Below are positions 46,843-56,475 of a DNA stretch of 64,000 nucleotides, piece after piece; within the stretch, counting starts at the first letter, position 1; each line of letters starts with the position of its first letter. The stretch spans positions 124,001-188,000 of the IMG/VR virus record IMGVR_UViG_3300005529_000001; one strand, given 5' to 3'. The notes beneath the pieces were generated by a model. It saw only the letters and a program-made list of their open reading frames with translations. It did not search any database and was not told the origin of the DNA. Both the position numbers and the translations under genes were made by a program.

Positions 46843-47615
46843 CCCAGCACCACAACTCCACCAACGACCGCTGCTTCCGTGAAGCTGCTGCCATGTGTCC
46901 AGATCCGACGGTCACGGTCGATGACACATGACCCACCCTTGTATGACATGTCACGTTCAGTGCCCACGCGGTTGCTGACGACCACGTTTGCGCGTGTCTC
47001 CTCAACCAGCTCGACCCAAGCGTTGTCCGGGTAACCGTACGCAGCGCCCCAGTTCGTCAGCAGGGCGATGGTGTCAACGCTGCCCAGCTTGTAAAAACGC
47101 TGTGTTGTTGCATGGTGGATGTACGACTCACGGTAACGGTTCGATGCGTCTCTGCAGATCAGGACACCCAACCTTCCCGCGGGGGTGATGATGACCGGAG
47201 CGGGTGCCTCGCTGGGCTGTGCCCACAGGTTGTCGCTGCCATAGAGGTTGTGCTTCTGGGCGTTGCCCGCCAACCCGTTGGGTCCCACGACGGCGGCTGA
47301 GTTGTACAGCTTTCCCTCACAGAGCTCGGTGTAACCGAAGACGACGTAGCAACCAAACTTCCGGGTGATAGCTTCGAAAGCACAGGTTTGGTAACCATCA
47401 CGTGTCTGTGCGACCTCGACGGCTTCACGGGGCGAGTGCAGGTTGTAACCCCCGATACAAGTCTCGGGCAACACGACCAGCATCGCGCCCTTGGCTGCAG
47501 CTTCGAACGTCAGCTCGAGCGCAGTCGCCAGGTTCTCTTGGACCCGCCCGAGCTTGGGCTCGTACTGGACCGCAGCGACAACCTGTGTCTGTGGGATCGC
47601 GGTGACAAACTCCAT
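46839..47615 (-). CDS. carbon-nitrogen hydrolase (nitrilase superfamily)
   Basis: AAVQ, VVLPE, YNSA, K..LY, GVLICRD (E-K-C triad). Confidence 0.9.
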   Translation of the reverse strand: MEFVTAIPQTQVVAAVQYEPKLGRVQENLATALELTFEAAAKGAMLVVLPETCIGGYNLHSPREAVEVAQTRDGYQTCAFEAITRKFGCYVVFGYTELCEGKLYNSAAVVGPNGLAGNAQKHNLYGSDNLWAQPSEAPAPVIITPAGRLGVLICRDASNRYRESYIHHATTQRFYKLGSVDTIALLTNWGAAYGYPDNAWVELVEETRANVVVSNRVGTERDMSYKGGSCVIDRDRRIWTHGSSFTEAAVVGGVVVLG

Positions 47616-49111
47616 CACTTCTTGCCCTTCTTGGGAGACTCCTTGATCACGTTGGACCACTTCTCTCCGTTTGGCATCTCAACGATGAAGATGCCCTTCT
47701 TACCGTGACGGTGGACGTTGACCTTGGTGCCCGCCCTGTACTGCGTCTTGTTTGGGTTCGTTGGCCGAGCCTCGACGCCGTCAGCGATGACGTACGGTCC
47801 CTTGTTATCAGCCATGACCATCGCGGCGGCTTCAGATAGCAACGGGCTCTTCGCTCGCTTGCTCTCGTCAAACCCGCTCCAGTCAACAGCAGCTGACTTG
47901 CCCGATGCCATCTTGACATCCTTGCTCTTGCCCGGGCGACCCACTGGCTTTGACGGCTTGCTTGGGTCAGCTGCAACGCTCTTGCCGCTGATGTTTGCAG
48001 GGTCATCCTCGTCAAGCTGTTCATCGCCCTCGCCCAACGGGTCCTCGAGATCTTCGGGCTTGGCTTTCATGTTGCGACGGATAGTGTTGTGAAGGTACTC
48101 ACGGAAACCGTCCAGCTCACGGACGATGTCTGGGTGGTCCTTCATCAGCTGGACATCAGCCGCGGTCAGCTCACCCGTCTTGTTCAGCATGCCGATGTAA
48201 TCGTTCATTGCCGTCAAGACCAGGATCTCACGGTCATCTTCCGGCAGCTCATAAAGGAACTTGAACCGCAGCAACGCCTTGTCGACGGCTTGCTTGGCGC
48301 CTGACACCGACATGCCAGCTTCTTTGGCGATGTCCTCAAATGAAGCAGCGCCGACCTGGCCCAGAGCTCCGATCTCCTGGTGAGCGTGCTTCGGCTTCTT
48401 CTCAGCCTCTTCATCACCACCCTCTTCGTCTGGGAGATGGGGTTCTTCTTCAGCCGCGGGCTCCTCCTCGTACTTCTCGACAGATGGGCCCAACGTCTTC
48501 CGCAGGTCTCCGACAGTCTTCTCGTGCCGCTTCTGGTATTCACCACCGTGAACGCCCATCGGGATCTTCTTTGCGACCACGTTGTTCGGGTTCGTGGCGG
48601 GCGACAAGTCTTTCTTCTCCTTGCCAGCTTGATCCAGGTCCGCCTCAGTCAGGCCACGTGCTTCCAGGATCGCCTTGCGGATGCGTGCCCGCAGCATTTC
48701 TTCTACCTTGTTCGTCGTCGGCATCTTGCCCTCGTGTTGTTCCTTGTCTTTGCCGCTGTTGCCAGCGTTGTCGATCGCTTCTTGGCTACCGGCCACCATG
48801 GCTGCCTGGGTCGCAGCATCAATCTCGTCTTTTTCGCTACGCCTGTCAAGTGCAGTCTTGACCGCGGTGAACACCGCCGGCATGTCGGTGTCAGGCAGGT
48901 TCTTGACCAGCTGCTGGATCGCCACTCCGAACTCTGTCTTGTCCTGTGGCGTGAAGTTCGGGTTGACGGGGTCAGTCACAGCGACGGACGGGTCGGTGAT
49001 GGGATTGATCTTAACAGCCGGGCTCTCGCCCTCGCCTGACCATCCCGTCGAATCCAGGGCTTCGCGCACCATCTCCCGGAGCGCTTTGTCGCTGATGACG
49101 ACCTTTGTCAC
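47615..49111 (-). CDS. large protein with leader and internal xxE repeats (virion-internal candidate)
   Basis: KALREMVREAL; internal IRKAILEARGLTEA and LLSEA. Confidence 0.7.
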   Translation of the reverse strand: MTKVVISDKALREMVREALDSTGWSGEGESPAVKINPITDPSVAVTDPVNPNFTPQDKTEFGVAIQQLVKNLPDTDMPAVFTAVKTALDRRSEKDEIDAATQAAMVAGSQEAIDNAGNSGKDKEQHEGKMPTTNKVEEMLRARIRKAILEARGLTEADLDQAGKEKKDLSPATNPNNVVAKKIPMGVHGGEYQKRHEKTVGDLRKTLGPSVEKYEEEPAAEEEPHLPDEEGGDEEAEKKPKHAHQEIGALGQVGAASFEDIAKEAGMSVSGAKQAVDKALLRFKFLYELPEDDREILVLTAMNDYIGMLNKTGELTAADVQLMKDHPDIVRELDGFREYLHNTIRRNMKAKPEDLEDPLGEGDEQLDEDDPANISGKSVAADPSKPSKPVGRPGKSKDVKMASGKSAAVDWSGFDESKRAKSPLLSEAAAMVMADNKGPYVIADGVEARPTNPNKTQYRAGTKVNVHRHGKKGIFIVEMPNGEKWSNVIKESPKKGKK

Positions 49112-49112
49112 T

Positions 49113-49469
49113 TCAGCCTCCCGACACTGGGTTCTTCGCGTTTGAATCAACCCAGTGACGTCCGAAGTACAACGTCAGGATCGGGATGAAGTATGCACCC
49201 GCAGCCGCGGCGTCAAAGGGCCTGAAAGAGACAGGACCTACTTTGTCAACGATCGACAGGATGTATGCGATTGACGTGATGACAAAAGCGACGGTGACGA
49301 ACGTGGTGCTGACGCTCCCGTTTCCGTTGGTGTCCTTGATCCAGAACCACGATGCCTTGACCTCGGTGGGATCTGACACGGGCGTCTCACTGACCGCTTG
49401 GGCTGGCACATGTTGCACTCCAGCAGCGGGAGCCTGGGGATCGGGCGGGAGGGGCTGTGACTCGTCCAT
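49113..49469 (-). CDS. two-TM membrane protein (holin-like)
   Basis: Two hydrophobic helices in 118 aa; GAGG upstream. Confidence 0.55.
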   Translation of the reverse strand: MDESQPLPPDPQAPAAGVQHVPAQAVSETPVSDPTEVKASWFWIKDTNGNGSVSTTFVTVAFVITSIAYILSIVDKVGPVSFRPFDAAAAGAYFIPILTLYFGRHWVDSNAKNPVSGG

Positions 49470-49529
49470 GGTTACCTCTGATGGGCACTATACCACAGCC
49501 CACCGCAGGTAAGTAGGATGCCCGGGACG

Positions 49530-50078
49530 TCAGTGTGTGGCTTTCGAGAGCGCAAAAGCCGTCAGGACGGTGGTAACCACCCCGCCGACGAACCCGACAC
49601 CGATCCACACCCCAGCTCCAGGCCCGCCCGTGTTCTTTTTAAGCTGGTCCTGCAAGATCTGGCTCTGCTTCTGTGCATCGGTGAGCTGGGCGTTCAGGAT
49701 GTTCTTGTCAGCTGTGCACGTAGTCGCTGATGAATCTAGCGCGTATTTCTTGTCAGCTGCGTCAACCTCCTGTTGGCGCTGGACCGCGAGCTGTGCTGCC
49801 GCTGCTGCGGTGTCACGTTGCGCGATGACTGATGCCACCGCCTCGGGAGAAAACAGCACCCCCGTCAAAGGAGACGCTTGCCCCTTGTTAAGCGGGTAGA
49901 TGACCGGGGGCGGCGAGGGAGCCGCAGGAGCAGTCGCAACAGGTGCTGCTGGCGCGGGAGGGCTTGCCCAAGCGGGTGAGGCAGTGACCAGCATCGTGGT
50001 GACGAGCAACGCTGAGATTCCTCTGTAGATGGGCCGAGGGGGGAGGGGCCGGGGTGACTTTTTCATGTTGGACCTCAT
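49530..50078 (-). CDS. secreted coiled-coil protein with C-terminal TM helix
   Basis: Signal-like ASPAWA; C-terminal GVWIGVGFVGG helix. Confidence 0.65.
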   Translation of the reverse strand: MRSNMKKSPRPLPPRPIYRGISALLVTTMLVTASPAWASPPAPAAPVATAPAAPSPPPVIYPLNKGQASPLTGVLFSPEAVASVIAQRDTAAAAAQLAVQRQQEVDAADKKYALDSSATTCTADKNILNAQLTDAQKQSQILQDQLKKNTGGPGAGVWIGVGFVGGVVTTVLTAFALSKATH

Positions 50079-50470
50079 TGCGCTGGCACCTGGACGACGA
50101 ACCCGAACTTCGATGCAGCGAGGTCAGCGAGCCCTTTCGCATCGTTGCCATACTTCTTGACGATCTGGCTGGTCTCCTGTGTCTGTTGCTGCTGCAGCTG
50201 AGCCTGAGCCTGGACGTACTCCTGTTGGATCTGAGCTAACTGCGTTTGGTACTGCTGCAACTCTTGCTGGTGCTGTGCCACCTCGTCAGCGCGAGCCTTG
50301 TTGACTGCCGCTATCTCCTGTGCATGTGCAGCATCAAGCTTGTTGACGATGTCAACCTGAGCTTTCTGTTCGTGCCTGACCCAGGCGTAACCCACAACGA
50401 TGGCAACAACCAGCAAGATCGCTTGCCAGTGGGTTTTGAAGAAACTCCAGACAGACGTGAGCACGGGCAT
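50075..50470 (-). CDS. membrane-anchored coiled-coil protein (i-spanin-like architecture)
   Basis: N-terminal TM helix followed by Gln/Ala-rich helix. Confidence 0.65.
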   Translation of the reverse strand: MPVLTSVWSFFKTHWQAILLVVAIVVGYAWVRHEQKAQVDIVNKLDAAHAQEIAAVNKARADEVAQHQQELQQYQTQLAQIQQEYVQAQAQLQQQQTQETSQIVKKYGNDAKGLADLAASKFGFVVQVPAQ

Positions 50471-50503
50471 GTTTACCTCAGAGGATGGGATCAGTTCCGG
50501 GAA

Positions 50504-50860
50504 TCAATTTGGTTTCTCCCCAGCTTGTTTACGAAGCTTTGCAGCTTCGACAGCGGTGGTATCTTTGGTGTCGATGACGGGCGTCTCGATGTCGGGCATC
50601 TCCATGTTCATCGAGTTCTCATTGAGCTTCTTGAAGATGACCTGCTGCATCTGCCACATCTGCTGCATCACTCCGTGGTGGACGCGCTGGTTGTGGGCGA
50701 GGACGGCAACTGCTTCCGCGACGTGACCCAGCTGCTCAGCACAAGCATGAAGACCTAGGGCTAACATCTTGACAGTCCGCGTTGCTTCGACGGCTTTGTC
50801 AAAGACGCGATCGATAAACGACACCGCATCCTCAGCCTCAGGCGGATAGTGAATCTTCAT
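50504..50860 (-). CDS. hypothetical protein
   Basis: GGAGG upstream. Confidence 0.6.
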   Translation of the reverse strand: MKIHYPPEAEDAVSFIDRVFDKAVEATRTVKMLALGLHACAEQLGHVAEAVAVLAHNQRVHHGVMQQMWQMQQVIFKKLNENSMNMEMPDIETPVIDTKDTTAVEAAKLRKQAGEKPN

Positions 50861-51164
50861 CGTCGATTTCCTCCGAATCGTCGTTTATCAAATCGTACAA
50901 CGTATCAGAGTCAAGTTCATTAAGCCCACGTCGTCGGGTACGAAGCCCAGGCCTCAAACCCGTACCAGCCAGAGCAGCTCGTGCCCGTTCACGTTTCATC
51001 TGCTCGACCAGGCGAACAGCTGACTTGTTGCCCTCAGCCACGCACTTGGCAAACCACTCGAACGCTTCTTGCATCGAAGCGTCCATCTCAACCAGGGTCG
51101 ACTTGAACCTGGTGTGGACGGGCTTCATCAGCTTCACGTGAACGTTGGTGCTCTTGCCCTCCAC
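50838..51164 (-). CDS. hypothetical protein (possible ribbon-helix-helix)
   Basis: Short beta strand VHVKL followed by helices. Confidence 0.5.
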   Translation of the reverse strand: MEGKSTNVHVKLMKPVHTRFKSTLVEMDASMQEAFEWFAKCVAEGNKSAVRLVEQMKRERARAALAGTGLRPGLRTRRRGLNELDSDTLYDLINDDSEEIDDEDSLSA

Positions 51165-51167
51165 TTG

Positions 51168-51845
51168 TCACGCCGGCGCGCCGCCGCCTCCTGGGCCCGC
51201 CTCAGCAGAGCCGCTTGCACGAGCAGCGGGCGGTGCTGGGAATTTGTCGTCATCGACTGACTGCCTATCCTGGCCGGGGACCATGCCATGATCGTCACGC
51301 ATGACGTTGTCAAACGCTTGCAGGACCTCGTCGTTGTAGTTCTTCTGCAAGAAACCACGCGCTCGGCGCATCAACGTAGCCTTGACTTCAAGCAAGCTGT
51401 CATAGTTCTCAATGAGCCTGACGACATCATCACAGAACTTGGCGACATCAACGTCTTCCATCGTCAGCTTCCCAGCGTCATCGTCACCCATCATGTCGTC
51501 AGCACCGGGAGCAGCATCATCAGCGCCCTGGGCATCCTTGTCTCCCTGGCCCGCCTCGATCAGGACTCCCTTGACCAGGTCACGCCAGTCCATCGCTTCC
51601 ATCTGTGCGGCGCTGCCGGGACCCTGGAGCGAGTTGTCTGTCTTCTTGGAATCGGTCTCGTACTGCATCAGGTACTTGTCGACCTGCTCATCCAGCGAGT
51701 CACCGCTAGCGCCCGTCACGTGTGCCTGGCTGTCATCGGGCGCTTCCTCAGGAGCCTCCTCGAGGACACGAAGGTAAGTGTCCATCCGACCGCGTTTTGC
51801 TTCGGACATGATCTGACGGAGATCACCCATCCTTAATCGCATCAT
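51168..51845 (-). CDS. acidic protein with N-terminal leader
   Basis: MRLRMGDLRQIMSEA. Confidence 0.65.
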   Translation of the reverse strand: MMRLRMGDLRQIMSEAKRGRMDTYLRVLEEAPEEAPDDSQAHVTGASGDSLDEQVDKYLMQYETDSKKTDNSLQGPGSAAQMEAMDWRDLVKGVLIEAGQGDKDAQGADDAAPGADDMMGDDDAGKLTMEDVDVAKFCDDVVRLIENYDSLLEVKATLMRRARGFLQKNYNDEVLQAFDNVMRDDHGMVPGQDRQSVDDDKFPAPPAARASGSAEAGPGGGGAPA

Positions 51846-52600
51846 GAGCCCCTCTTCTGTCCCTGGCCCATCACCTGTGCCAGCTCCTCAGCCTTCTTGA
51901 AACGTTCTTCGATGACATCGAAGTTAAGCTCTTTCATCATCGCAACCAGGTATGACTCCTTGTCGGTCTGGTAATCTTTGAAGTACGAGTGCTCGTGCAT
52001 GTCAATGACGACCAACGGGTAGAACCCGAGCATCACGTCTTGTGAGTTGTTGCTGACCATCGTGTTGATGTAGCGTTGGAGGTACATGTGATAGCCGCAG
52101 ACAGCCCATCCCTGCCCGCTGCCCATCGCGCAAGCCATGAAGTCTTTCTGCCAGTCGTTGAATGTTCCAAAGTCACGTTCTAACCTCAGGTACGTCATCG
52201 AGTCCATGTAGACTTCGCTGTGAGGATCGAAGCAGTTGGCAAAGTACAGCTCGTGAAGCCACACTGCATTGAGGTTGTATGTCTCATCCAGCTTCAGGCT
52301 ACGGTAATCGCTGTGCTTGCTGTCGGCTTGCGCTCGTTCTGCGGTGTCGAGCTCGCTGCTGACGCGGTTCAGCGTCTCGATGTGGCCCTTGTAAAGAGCC
52401 TCGTGAGCGTCCTTCGTCTTCTGTGACGCAAACTCGGTCACCTGACTGTACTGCTTGGGTTGCGCGACGTACGCCTCGTCAAGCGGTTCGGGTCCCGGGA
52501 TCTGCTTCTTCAGCGACTCTTTGATGATGCCAGCGAGGTCAACACCCTCTGCAAGACCCAGCAAGCCGTCACCTGTCTTTCCGTTCGAGCTCATGGCCAT
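51842..52600 (-). CDS. Fe/Mn superoxide dismutase-like protein with N-terminal leader
   Basis: HEALYKGH, LHELYFAN, GQGWA, PLVVIDMHEHSY..DY. Confidence 0.82.
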   Translation of the reverse strand: MAMSSNGKTGDGLLGLAEGVDLAGIIKESLKKQIPGPEPLDEAYVAQPKQYSQVTEFASQKTKDAHEALYKGHIETLNRVSSELDTAERAQADSKHSDYRSLKLDETYNLNAVWLHELYFANCFDPHSEVYMDSMTYLRLERDFGTFNDWQKDFMACAMGSGQGWAVCGYHMYLQRYINTMVSNNSQDVMLGFYPLVVIDMHEHSYFKDYQTDKESYLVAMMKELNFDVIEERFKKAEELAQVMGQGQKRGS

Positions 52601-52627
52601 ACTTATCAGGTGGGTCGGGCGCAGGAC

Positions 52628-52903
52628 ATGACAGAACAGCTCCTCAGGCAGTTCATCAAGGAGACTCTGGACAGTCTCGACCTCGACCAGAGCCTGGTCA
52701 AGAAGGATGACACTGACGGCAAGCCCGTCATTCGCAAACTAGTCACCTTCAAGAAACGTGGCACACGGTTTCACAAGGGCGACAACCTGAACACTGACAT
52801 CAACATGGATGGTAACCTCGTCGTTGATGACAGTGAGATCTGGGAACCCGATATGACCAAAGAGAAGGTCAAGACGGGCCGGACCGTCCACCGAGTAGCG
52901 TAA
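52628..52903 (+). CDS. hypothetical protein with N-terminal leader
   Basis: MTEQLLRQFIKETL; TACTTA upstream. Confidence 0.6.
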   Translation: MTEQLLRQFIKETLDSLDLDQSLVKKDDTDGKPVIRKLVTFKKRGTRFHKGDNLNTDINMDGNLVVDDSEIWEPDMTKEKVKTGRTVHRVA

Positions 52904-53132
52904 ATAGCTGGCCTCGGATGACATCGTCACGGATGTCGTGAGCAAACTTGACGCATTCCGGGTCCTTGGAATGAGCCTCCTGGTCCTCGTAGGCCTCATC
53001 GCACCCACACGGAGAACCGTTGATGTCACGGGTGCCCCCGTTGCAACAGTTGTTACCACAGTCGGCGCAGATGACCATGTCACACTCGCAACCGAAACAG
53101 TATGACAGGGTGTGACGAGACGGGCGTGCCAT
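52869..53132 (-). CDS. Cys-rich hypothetical protein
   Basis: CFGCEC...CADCGNNCCNG. Confidence 0.5.
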   Translation of the reverse strand: MARPSRHTLSYCFGCECDMVICADCGNNCCNGGTRDINGSPCGCDEAYEDQEAHSKDPECVKFAHDIRDDVIRGQLFTLLGGRSGPS

Positions 53133-53135
53133 GGG

Positions 53136-53795
53136 TCAGACTGTAAACTGTCCAGCTTTGAATTGTTTGTCAGTCACTCTTATCAACTTCAAGTTATTCT
53201 TGTGGAACCACTCGTCCTGTCGCCTATCGATCTGGTACTTCAACAGGATTGTACGATCGCGTGGCGTCTTGAACCTCATAATCTCTTCCAGCGAGCGGTC
53301 AAGCCCGTGCCAGTACTCGCCGTCAAACTGCACGTAGGTATCGATGCTCTTAACGTAAAAGTCGATGGGCCACTTGTTGACGACAACTTGACGTTCTACG
53401 TTGCCGAACTGTAACACGAGCCACTCGTAAAACGCATCTTCACTCTTGGAGTTGAAGTACGAACCGTTCCGTTTCATCGTCTCATGACGTTGTCGGCACT
53501 TTTCGGGCGTGTTAGCTAGAAAATGTACTTCAGGAAGCGAGAGAACTGATTTGACACCAAAGCGTGCTAGTACGGTCGCTTGTTGCTTAGCAACAACATC
53601 AGGTTGAACTCTTGCCTGCGTACACAGTTCTCGATGTTCAGCTTGCGAACACTTACATGAACAGAAGTGTTGTGGTTGGCTCTCATATCCCGACGAGAAG
53701 TTTGTTACGAATCTTCGACCACAGTGATCACACTGAACTTCCAGCTTTTGAAGAGGCTTACGACGACTAGGCACTGAAAACTTACGAAGCAACAC
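53136..53795 (-). mobile_element. free-standing DUF559/Vsr-like endonuclease (putative homing endonuclease)
   Basis: N-terminal CDHC...FCSCKC; SKSE, IDFY, QFDGEYWH, D..QD......LIRV; visibly more A/T-rich than flanks. Confidence 0.7.
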
Positions 53796-53835
53796 GAGAT
53801 CTACATATCTCCCGCGTCTAATTCGTACTCAGTTT

Positions 53836-54117
53836 CTAGTCCAACTCATATTCTTGTTCGAGCGTAGACTTATCGACGATGAACTTCTCGTCCTCAGGCG
53901 TCCTTAGGATGACATCCCGGGGTCCAACGCTGTCGATGGTGTAACGGATCTGACTGCCCTTGTGCTTCACCTTGAGCTCGGGCGACAGCACGTCCTTCGG
54001 GTCGTGACCGACCTTCGAGTTCATGACCATGTCGATCTGCTCGGCGAGCTGGTCAACCTTCTTCTGCCACTCCTCACGCATCACACGGAGGACGTCTGCT
54101 TCTGTTAGCGGCTTCAC
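53836..54117 (-). CDS. hypothetical protein with N-terminal leader
   Basis: LTEADVLRVMREEW; TAGTTA 5 nt upstream. Confidence 0.65.
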   Translation of the reverse strand: MKPLTEADVLRVMREEWQKKVDQLAEQIDMVMNSKVGHDPKDVLSPELKVKHKGSQIRYTIDSVGPRDVILRTPEDEKFIVDKSTLEQEYELD

Positions 54118-54125
54118 GACAGTAA

Positions 54126-54689
54126 CTATCGCCGGGCCAGAGCTTGGTAGATGGCTTCCTGCAGGGTCAACACCTCGACCCCAGCGCTTTTCAGGAGATC
54201 GATCCCATCAGTGATCCGATACGGGATCTCATAGACGACTCTGGCAATCTCCGCGTTGACGATCAGCTTCGCACACTCCTTGCACGGGCTGTTCGTCACG
54301 TACATGTGCTTCGGTCTGGCAAAGTTGTAGTCGCACTTGACGAGAGCGTTGACCTCAGCGTGGACAGTGCCGCTCTTCCCGCGTTCGAGCGATTCAACGT
54401 GATTGGGACCGCCCTTCCACATCCCGTTGTACCCTACGCTGAGCATCTGCGTGTTGTTCGACGAAACGACGATCGCTCCCACTTTCAATGCCGGGTCGAT
54501 CGAGCGCAAAGCGATTGTCTTTGCGACCTGCATCCAGACTGACGGCCAGGTCGGACGTTCGGGTTCCTTGTCCTCAACGAGAACAGTCAAGCAGAACTTG
54601 CACGTCTGCCCACCGGCATCATTCTCCACCCAATGATGGAAGATGTCTTTGGTGTTTGCTAGACACGCTTCGTTTAGGTTTCCCATCAA
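54126..54689 (-). CDS. dCMP deaminase
   Basis: VGAIVV, SVGYNG, HAEVNAL, SPCKECAKLI. Confidence 0.92.
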   Translation of the reverse strand: MMGNLNEACLANTKDIFHHWVENDAGGQTCKFCLTVLVEDKEPERPTWPSVWMQVAKTIALRSIDPALKVGAIVVSSNNTQMLSVGYNGMWKGGPNHVESLERGKSGTVHAEVNALVKCDYNFARPKHMYVTNSPCKECAKLIVNAEIARVVYEIPYRITDGIDLLKSAGVEVLTLQEAIYQALARR

Positions 54690-55861
54690 GCCCCCACCAT
54701 GGATTGGAACAACTCGCTCTCAAGGCGATGGATTTCCTGGCCTAGCGCTTTGCCCGAAAACCCCTGTGCCATCAGGGGCTCACCCCTGAAAGGCTCAGAG
54801 CCCAGGTACCGCAAGAAAGCATCGAACTCTGCGTTCGAGGGCATCCCGCGAGCACGAACGTACTCAACGTACATCGTGAAGGCGTCATCTTCTGACATGC
54901 CCAGGGCTTTCTCGGCCTTGCGGAGCTTCAGAGCGGTGTCCTTCGTGATGTTACGGAGCCGGAGCAAGAACGTGACTTGCGCGACCTCGTCAACCGAGTA
55001 CTTCAGGTGAAGCAGCTTTTTCCCCAACGTCTCAAGGTTCTCATCATCCAAGATGAGAGCTAGCACGACCGGGACGGTGTTGGAATCGACCCCACGCGTA
55101 GACACGAGGTTGTCCAGGTACGTTGACACTTTGAGCCCGGGCAGCACCCGATCCCACAACCCCAACGACGTCATGAGGTTCATCAACCGTTGTGGTTTCT
55201 CAGCTGCTACGATCGACTTGACAAGCTCGTCCCGGACCCGTTCAAACGAGACGCCATCAAGGTTGTTGTCACGCTGAATGGCTGCGAACGTTTCTTTGGA
55301 GATCTCAAAGCCGAGCTTGACTGCGAACCTGATGGCTCGCAACACCCTGAGCCTGTCTTCGGCAAACCTGTCCTCGGGACGTCCAACCGTCCTGATGACC
55401 TTGTGACGAATGTCATCGAGCCCGCCGACTAGGTCAACGACCTCTTGCGCGGTGATGTCATAGAACAGAGCGTTGATCGTCAGGTCCCGACGTTGCACGT
55501 CTTCCTTGATCGTCGCGAAGCGTACCTGTGGGTGGCGACCCGCGCTCAGGTCCTCACGGAACGTTGCGATCTCGTACTCCTCGGAAGGAGACCCATCGTG
55601 GGTGTACGTCCTCGTTCGGATGACGCCGAAAGCCTTGCCGACTGCATCCGTTAGCCATCGTCCCGTGGTGTGGAGCAAGCGCTCCACTTGGTCAGGAGTG
55701 GCATCAGTTGCGAGGTCGAAATCCTTGGGCTTCTTGCCCATCACCGCGTCACGCACTGCACCACCGACCAGGTGCAGTGCGTAGCCATTCGTATGAAAGA
55801 GCATCGCCAGCGATTTGACATCGCTGTGCAAGTCAATCTTGAGAGGCTGACGGACTACCAT
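54686..55861 (-). CDS. cca: class II CCA-adding enzyme/tRNA nucleotidyltransferase
   Basis: LVGGAVRD, DFDLAT, EIATFR, DVQRRDLTINAL, EDRLRVLRAIRF, VSFERVRDEL. Confidence 0.9.
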   Translation of the reverse strand: MVVRQPLKIDLHSDVKSLAMLFHTNGYALHLVGGAVRDAVMGKKPKDFDLATDATPDQVERLLHTTGRWLTDAVGKAFGVIRTRTYTHDGSPSEEYEIATFREDLSAGRHPQVRFATIKEDVQRRDLTINALFYDITAQEVVDLVGGLDDIRHKVIRTVGRPEDRFAEDRLRVLRAIRFAVKLGFEISKETFAAIQRDNNLDGVSFERVRDELVKSIVAAEKPQRLMNLMTSLGLWDRVLPGLKVSTYLDNLVSTRGVDSNTVPVVLALILDDENLETLGKKLLHLKYSVDEVAQVTFLLRLRNITKDTALKLRKAEKALGMSEDDAFTMYVEYVRARGMPSNAEFDAFLRYLGSEPFRGEPLMAQGFSGKALGQEIHRLESELFQSMVGA

Positions 55862-55867
55862 GCGGTC

Positions 55868-55897
55868 ATCCTACCATCGTTGGTGGTTGGTTTTCAC
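55868..55897 (-). promoter_or_regulatory. putative promoter GTGAAA-N18-(TGG)TAGGAT, leaderless
   Basis: 6 nt before ATG 55861. Confidence 0.55.
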
Positions 55898-56475
55898 TCT
55901 TTCGCGATGTTCGCTCGTTTGTCAACGGCAAGATGGTGGCGAAAGCAACGCGGCTCATAGAGCTCCGCGCCACCGACCTGGATCTCCTCGCCGTCTGTCT
56001 GTTTCTTGTGAGTGTAGAAAGCGTCACGCCCACATTCAGTGCAGACCGCTGCACATTTTTCGACATGCGTTGCCCAAGCCATCAGCTTCTCGACCTCGTG
56101 GAATGGCTTGCCCAGGTATGACAGGTCCAACGTTGAGACCACGACATCGATGCCGAGCTGGTAAAGGTAGATCAGGACGTCGGCGACGCCCGGGATCATG
56201 AACGCTTCGTCAACGGCAACCACCTCGGGCATCTGTTCCGCTTCCGCAAGCGCGCCCAAGATGTCTGACCCCTCCTTGACAAGGGTAGCATCGTGTTTCC
56301 AGCCCGAGTGACTGACAACCTCAGTGTTGCTGTACCTGGCATCGATCGCGGGCTTGAAGACCTGGATTCGCTTGTGTTGGTACTTGGCACGCTCAAGAGC
56401 GAGCAACAGTTTCGTCGTTTTTGACGAGAACATTGCGCCCGCGAAGACCGTCAGCGTTGGGTTCTGCCCGCTCAT
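55894..56475 (-). CDS. tdk: thymidine kinase (type II)
   Basis: GAMFSSKTT, KP.ID.RY, AVDEA.F, C..CG, YEPRC..H. Confidence 0.93.
   Translation of the reverse strand: MSGQNPTLTVFAGAMFSSKTTKLLLALERAKYQHKRIQVFKPAIDARYSNTEVVSHSGWKHDATLVKEGSDILGALAEAEQMPEVVAVDEAFMIPGVADVLIYLYQLGIDVVVSTLDLSYLGKPFHEVEKLMAWATHVEKCAAVCTECGRDAFYTHKKQTDGEEIQVGGAELYEPRCFRHHLAVDKRANIAKE

Noticed and set aside
53136-53795. Vsr very-short-patch repair partner of modified cytosine
   Set aside because: Zn-finger N-terminus, stand-alone position and composition fit a homing endonuclease better; not excluded
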